Source: Raillietiella orientalis (taxonomy: Eukaryota). Taken from it: DNA of 64,000 nt. The notes beneath the pieces were generated by a model, which did not search any database, was not told the origin of the DNA, and was given only the letters and a program-made list of their open reading frames with translations. Both the position numbers and the translations under genes were made by a program. The stretch covers positions 496,001 through 560,000 of the forward strand of contig JAYWIR010000031.1 of assembly GCA_036172245.1 (NCBI GenBank), written 5' to 3'. Positions 60,601 through 64,000 of this stretch are shown here, one piece after another (within the stretch, counting starts at the first letter, position 1; each line of letters starts with the position of its first letter).

Positions 60601-63600
60601 TCCTCAAATCCTCGCATGCGGAGTGCTTTTCCGTGAGAATCGTGGGAGTTTCTAAGCAATCGTTCCATCATTTCCGGTCTGCAGAAGCGATGTATTCTCC
60701 TCCGCCATTGGTTTGCAGCTGTACACTTTCTGCTTTGCAGAAGGCGGACTGATTCATTCTAAAATTTCCTACTTTACTCTCAGTATGCCACGAACACGGA
60801 CCAGTGATATCAGTTCGAAGTCTGTATCCTGCACTGCTTGCAGTTTTAGGTTTGATTCATGGAACCCTGCCTTCGGGAATTTTTTGAATAATCTTGGAAC
60901 TGCTTTTTAAAACAGTTCCGAAACACGTAATTCGACTGAAGATGATAAAGTATTCGAAATTGCTTCACAAAAGCTTTGTCTTAGTGGTGGATCAGGAAAA
61001 CTTATCCAAGGGATGATACATGAGATTTGCTGTTCGGAGCACTGATAAGTGCGAAAAGAAGATGGAAACATGTGCTGCAGAAACTTTTTCCAATTGGGAA
61101 AGTTGAAATACAGCCGATTAAAAATAGCAATTTCTCAAGTCATTCCCAAAGTGACTTACGACCTTTTGGATGGTAACGAGTTCCTTAATTCGCTTCTGAG
61201 CTCCTTCGTTTTAAAGATCTCCTAAAAGAAGAAGAAAAGCATCTTTTCTTGAACTGCATAGCAGTGAAACCCTGACTGATGGATCCTCAGCAGAAACCGA
61301 ACTTCGAAGCATTCTGTGAACAGAAATCAGCTCCATCATGCTGTCCGCTTGATGAAAGCAGCATCTGAGAATTTGCAAAAGCACAGATCTGGCAAAACAG
61401 TGGATGAATATTTCTAATCTTCCGGACATTATTCTAGCGCCTCTTTTTAAAATTTGCAACAAATAAGACTTCTTGGGTTTTTGCACATCACAATTGCATC
61501 CCTGAGCTTTCCATTTCAAGAGCCAGGCATTTTGATTCGTGGATTCCCCAGCATCATATGAATTTTATAAGATTTTGAATATTGAATACCATTTCCAGCT
61601 GAATGGATTCGGTGGTGTCTGCATCCGGGAGAAGAATGAAGTCACTGGATTTGATATCACCTGGTATATTCCGATGTAGGAGAAACCGACTTGTTGCCTA
61701 CATCCTGAGCCACAAACTGCGATACAAGTCAGAGGTTTTTTTTTTGTTTTGTTTTCTCTAGAAAAAAAAAAAGCCTTGTCTTCAGCTACACGATGTAGGT
61801 CCTCCTCCCTTCCTCTTATATTACGGGATTAGTGGGAGTGTAATTTGAACAAGTGATGGTCACACTGCTCCAGAACGGGAGCTTGATGGAGCAGATACAA
61901 ATTTGAAAGTGGCGATTATTTAGCAGCGATTTATGAAACGCCACTGCGAGGCATCAACCACTTCTGAGAGTGCACGGAGGGTGGGAAAATGCATCCTTTC
62001 GGTAATCTCGATAGAGTGCATACGAGTCTGTATGATCCATCCTAGGAAATGGTGTAGTTATCCGTGAACGTTCCTTCTTCCACGTATCATTACGTGAAGC
62101 TGGGCTCATTTCAAAAAGTGAGGAGCAGAGTTTCCATGCAGCGAGAGCAGTGCTTTGCAGTTAATCACATGCGAACGATAGATTCAGCACGGTCCTGGGA
62201 AAGGAGGAAAGCCAAAAATTGGAGTATTGGTTGGGCTCAAGGGGGGACGTGGTGCTACTCGATTGGTGGGTACCTTAGATTGGCATGTCAAAAGAAGAAT
62301 GCAGAGTATCCATCCCTGGTTAGTAGTGAATTCGATTATCAGCCAGCGGAAATTTTTCAAATTTATTATCAGCTTCTCGAATCTATCGGGGAGATGTGAC
62401 TGATGTGGACGTTCTTGATTTCAGGCAGTGCAGTAATGTAATCCTGTGAGTGTGAAATTGGATGAGGATTTCTCGCTCGGTTCCAAAAATATTCGGTTCC
62501 AAATACGGTACAACTTGCTCACAACGGCGACAGCACTGGAGCGGCTACTTTTGCCAGTTCGTGCTACAAGGGACAATGAAAAACTCGCTTGCAAACTCTC
62601 TACCGGACAGTCACATCCAGGATGTCTGCAATTGCAAATTTTATTTTGAATGTTTATTCTAAGAGAGCGAGAGAGAAAAAAACCCATTGCTAGAGGCTCG
62701 TTACACCCGTGTACACGGCAACAGGATTTCGCCATACGCCCTTGTTCATGAAGAAGAAGACAGCAACAAAAACCGTCAAGAGCCTCTTTCTGAAAACTCT
62801 TCTTTCGTTTTCCATGCTGATAAGAGAGTATTGGTTTCCTTGCGATCACAAGTTCCTTTCCGTATCAATCATCAATGATCGAAAAGGACGTCCAATGCTT
62901 CTGCGGCTGTCATGATGCCGAAAGAAAGAAAAAGAATGCCCACAATGCTGTAGCACATAAATAATCAAGTTGTTACCTGAGCTGCATGCGATAATTGAAG
63001 CTGTACACATTACTTCACAAAAACGAAAAACTGGTTCGTGGGAGATCAGCCATCCTGTAAGATCATTTTATCTGGCGTGTCACAGGACTCCATCTCGTTT
63101 TTCTCGTTTTGCTCATGTACCACTGCCTTTCAGGAGTGGGTGTTCTCAAACAGACAGCAGCTTCGAAAAAAGATGTTCCGGAAAGCAGGAGAGAAACATG
63201 AGTTCCCAGGGAGGCAACCGATCTCTACGGCACACATCGGTTGAAAAGTGAAGCTCTTAATGAACCCTTTCTTGTTCATCCAGTCTTTTCCTCTGAAATA
63301 ATATAATTCAAGATTCTGGACATCGTATACAAGATTGGAACCTTATCCTGAACTCCTGACGACATCTAGATTCCTTTACATTTGTCTAAGAATCTCTGCC
63401 TGATCTTTTTGAGGTGGTTGAGCCACTTACAGCGGAGGATATGACGGCGAACGGTCCTGTTTGAATAATCTTCAAAGTCAGAAGCAAGTAAGTGAAGTGC
63501 TATGTCATGCACGAGCTTTCCTTTTTATTTCTACGGCCCTCTGGGTCCAAGTTAAGATTTGGATTTCAAGTCTGTATCAGCTTGAGCTCTGCTATACATC

Positions 63601-64000
63601 CACGTTAATTCTTAGGGGCGAATTGAGTGACACTGAAAAGCAGAGTTGAAAGACAAATCTAAAAACAACGTATGTGCAGACCCCAGAAAGTTGAAATACA
63701 TGCGTGCCTTCCATGATCAAAAGTTCGGAAGAAAAAGGAAGAGTCCCGAGATCAGACGTAAAGGAATCATCAGATTCAGTGCGGAATCCACGAAACAAAG
63801 AATCGCGCATCTCCGAAGAAAAACACAGACGTGAATCAAACAAGATGTTGGAGAGGGATAAAAGAACGGAAACCATGGAGAGTGAAGCGGGGAGTTGAAA
63901 GCTTTTCATTTCAGAAGATCAGAAAGGATTGGACACTCCAACACTATTTGACTATCTTCTATCCGTCATTATTACACCTCCTATCTTCAACTCTAAACCA

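Noticed and set aside
52000..64000. Many 60-150 aa ORFs, for example 52668, 59805, 60091 and 62064
   Set aside because: I found no recognisable domains and no consistent exon chain. Small exons could have been missed by eye.

Overview
Eukaryotic genomic DNA with spliceosomal introns, microsatellites and transposon relics; the DDR C-terminus [11 protein letters not shown] suggests an arthropod-like invertebrate, which is inference. Almost all listed six-frame ORFs are spurious. The one protein-coding gene I can support is a 5'-incomplete, + strand discoidin domain receptor (DDR)-family gene with 15 exons from 3219 to the stop at 25446. The exons splice into one open frame of about 833 aa: DS domain, DS-like domain, transmembrane helix, Tyr-containing juxtamembrane region and kinase fold. 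The frame is intact, but the kinase has lost its catalytic machinery (HRD->HGS, DFG->NFD, activation-loop YxxxYY reduced to one Tyr), so it is a candidate DDR pseudokinase. One intron uses a GC donor, and four short introns are in-frame and stop-free. Other features are an internally deleted pogo/Tigger relic in an intron, a large inverted repeat with a perfect 148-bp core (28.6-29.35 kb), two convergent L1/Tx1-like non-LTR retrotransposon 3' fragments flanking a tRNA-like Pol III head (31.5-34.1 kb), a ~41-bp minisatellite, several perfect hairpins and a CpG-rich block (43-49.5 kb). I recognised no gene downstream of 25.5 kb.
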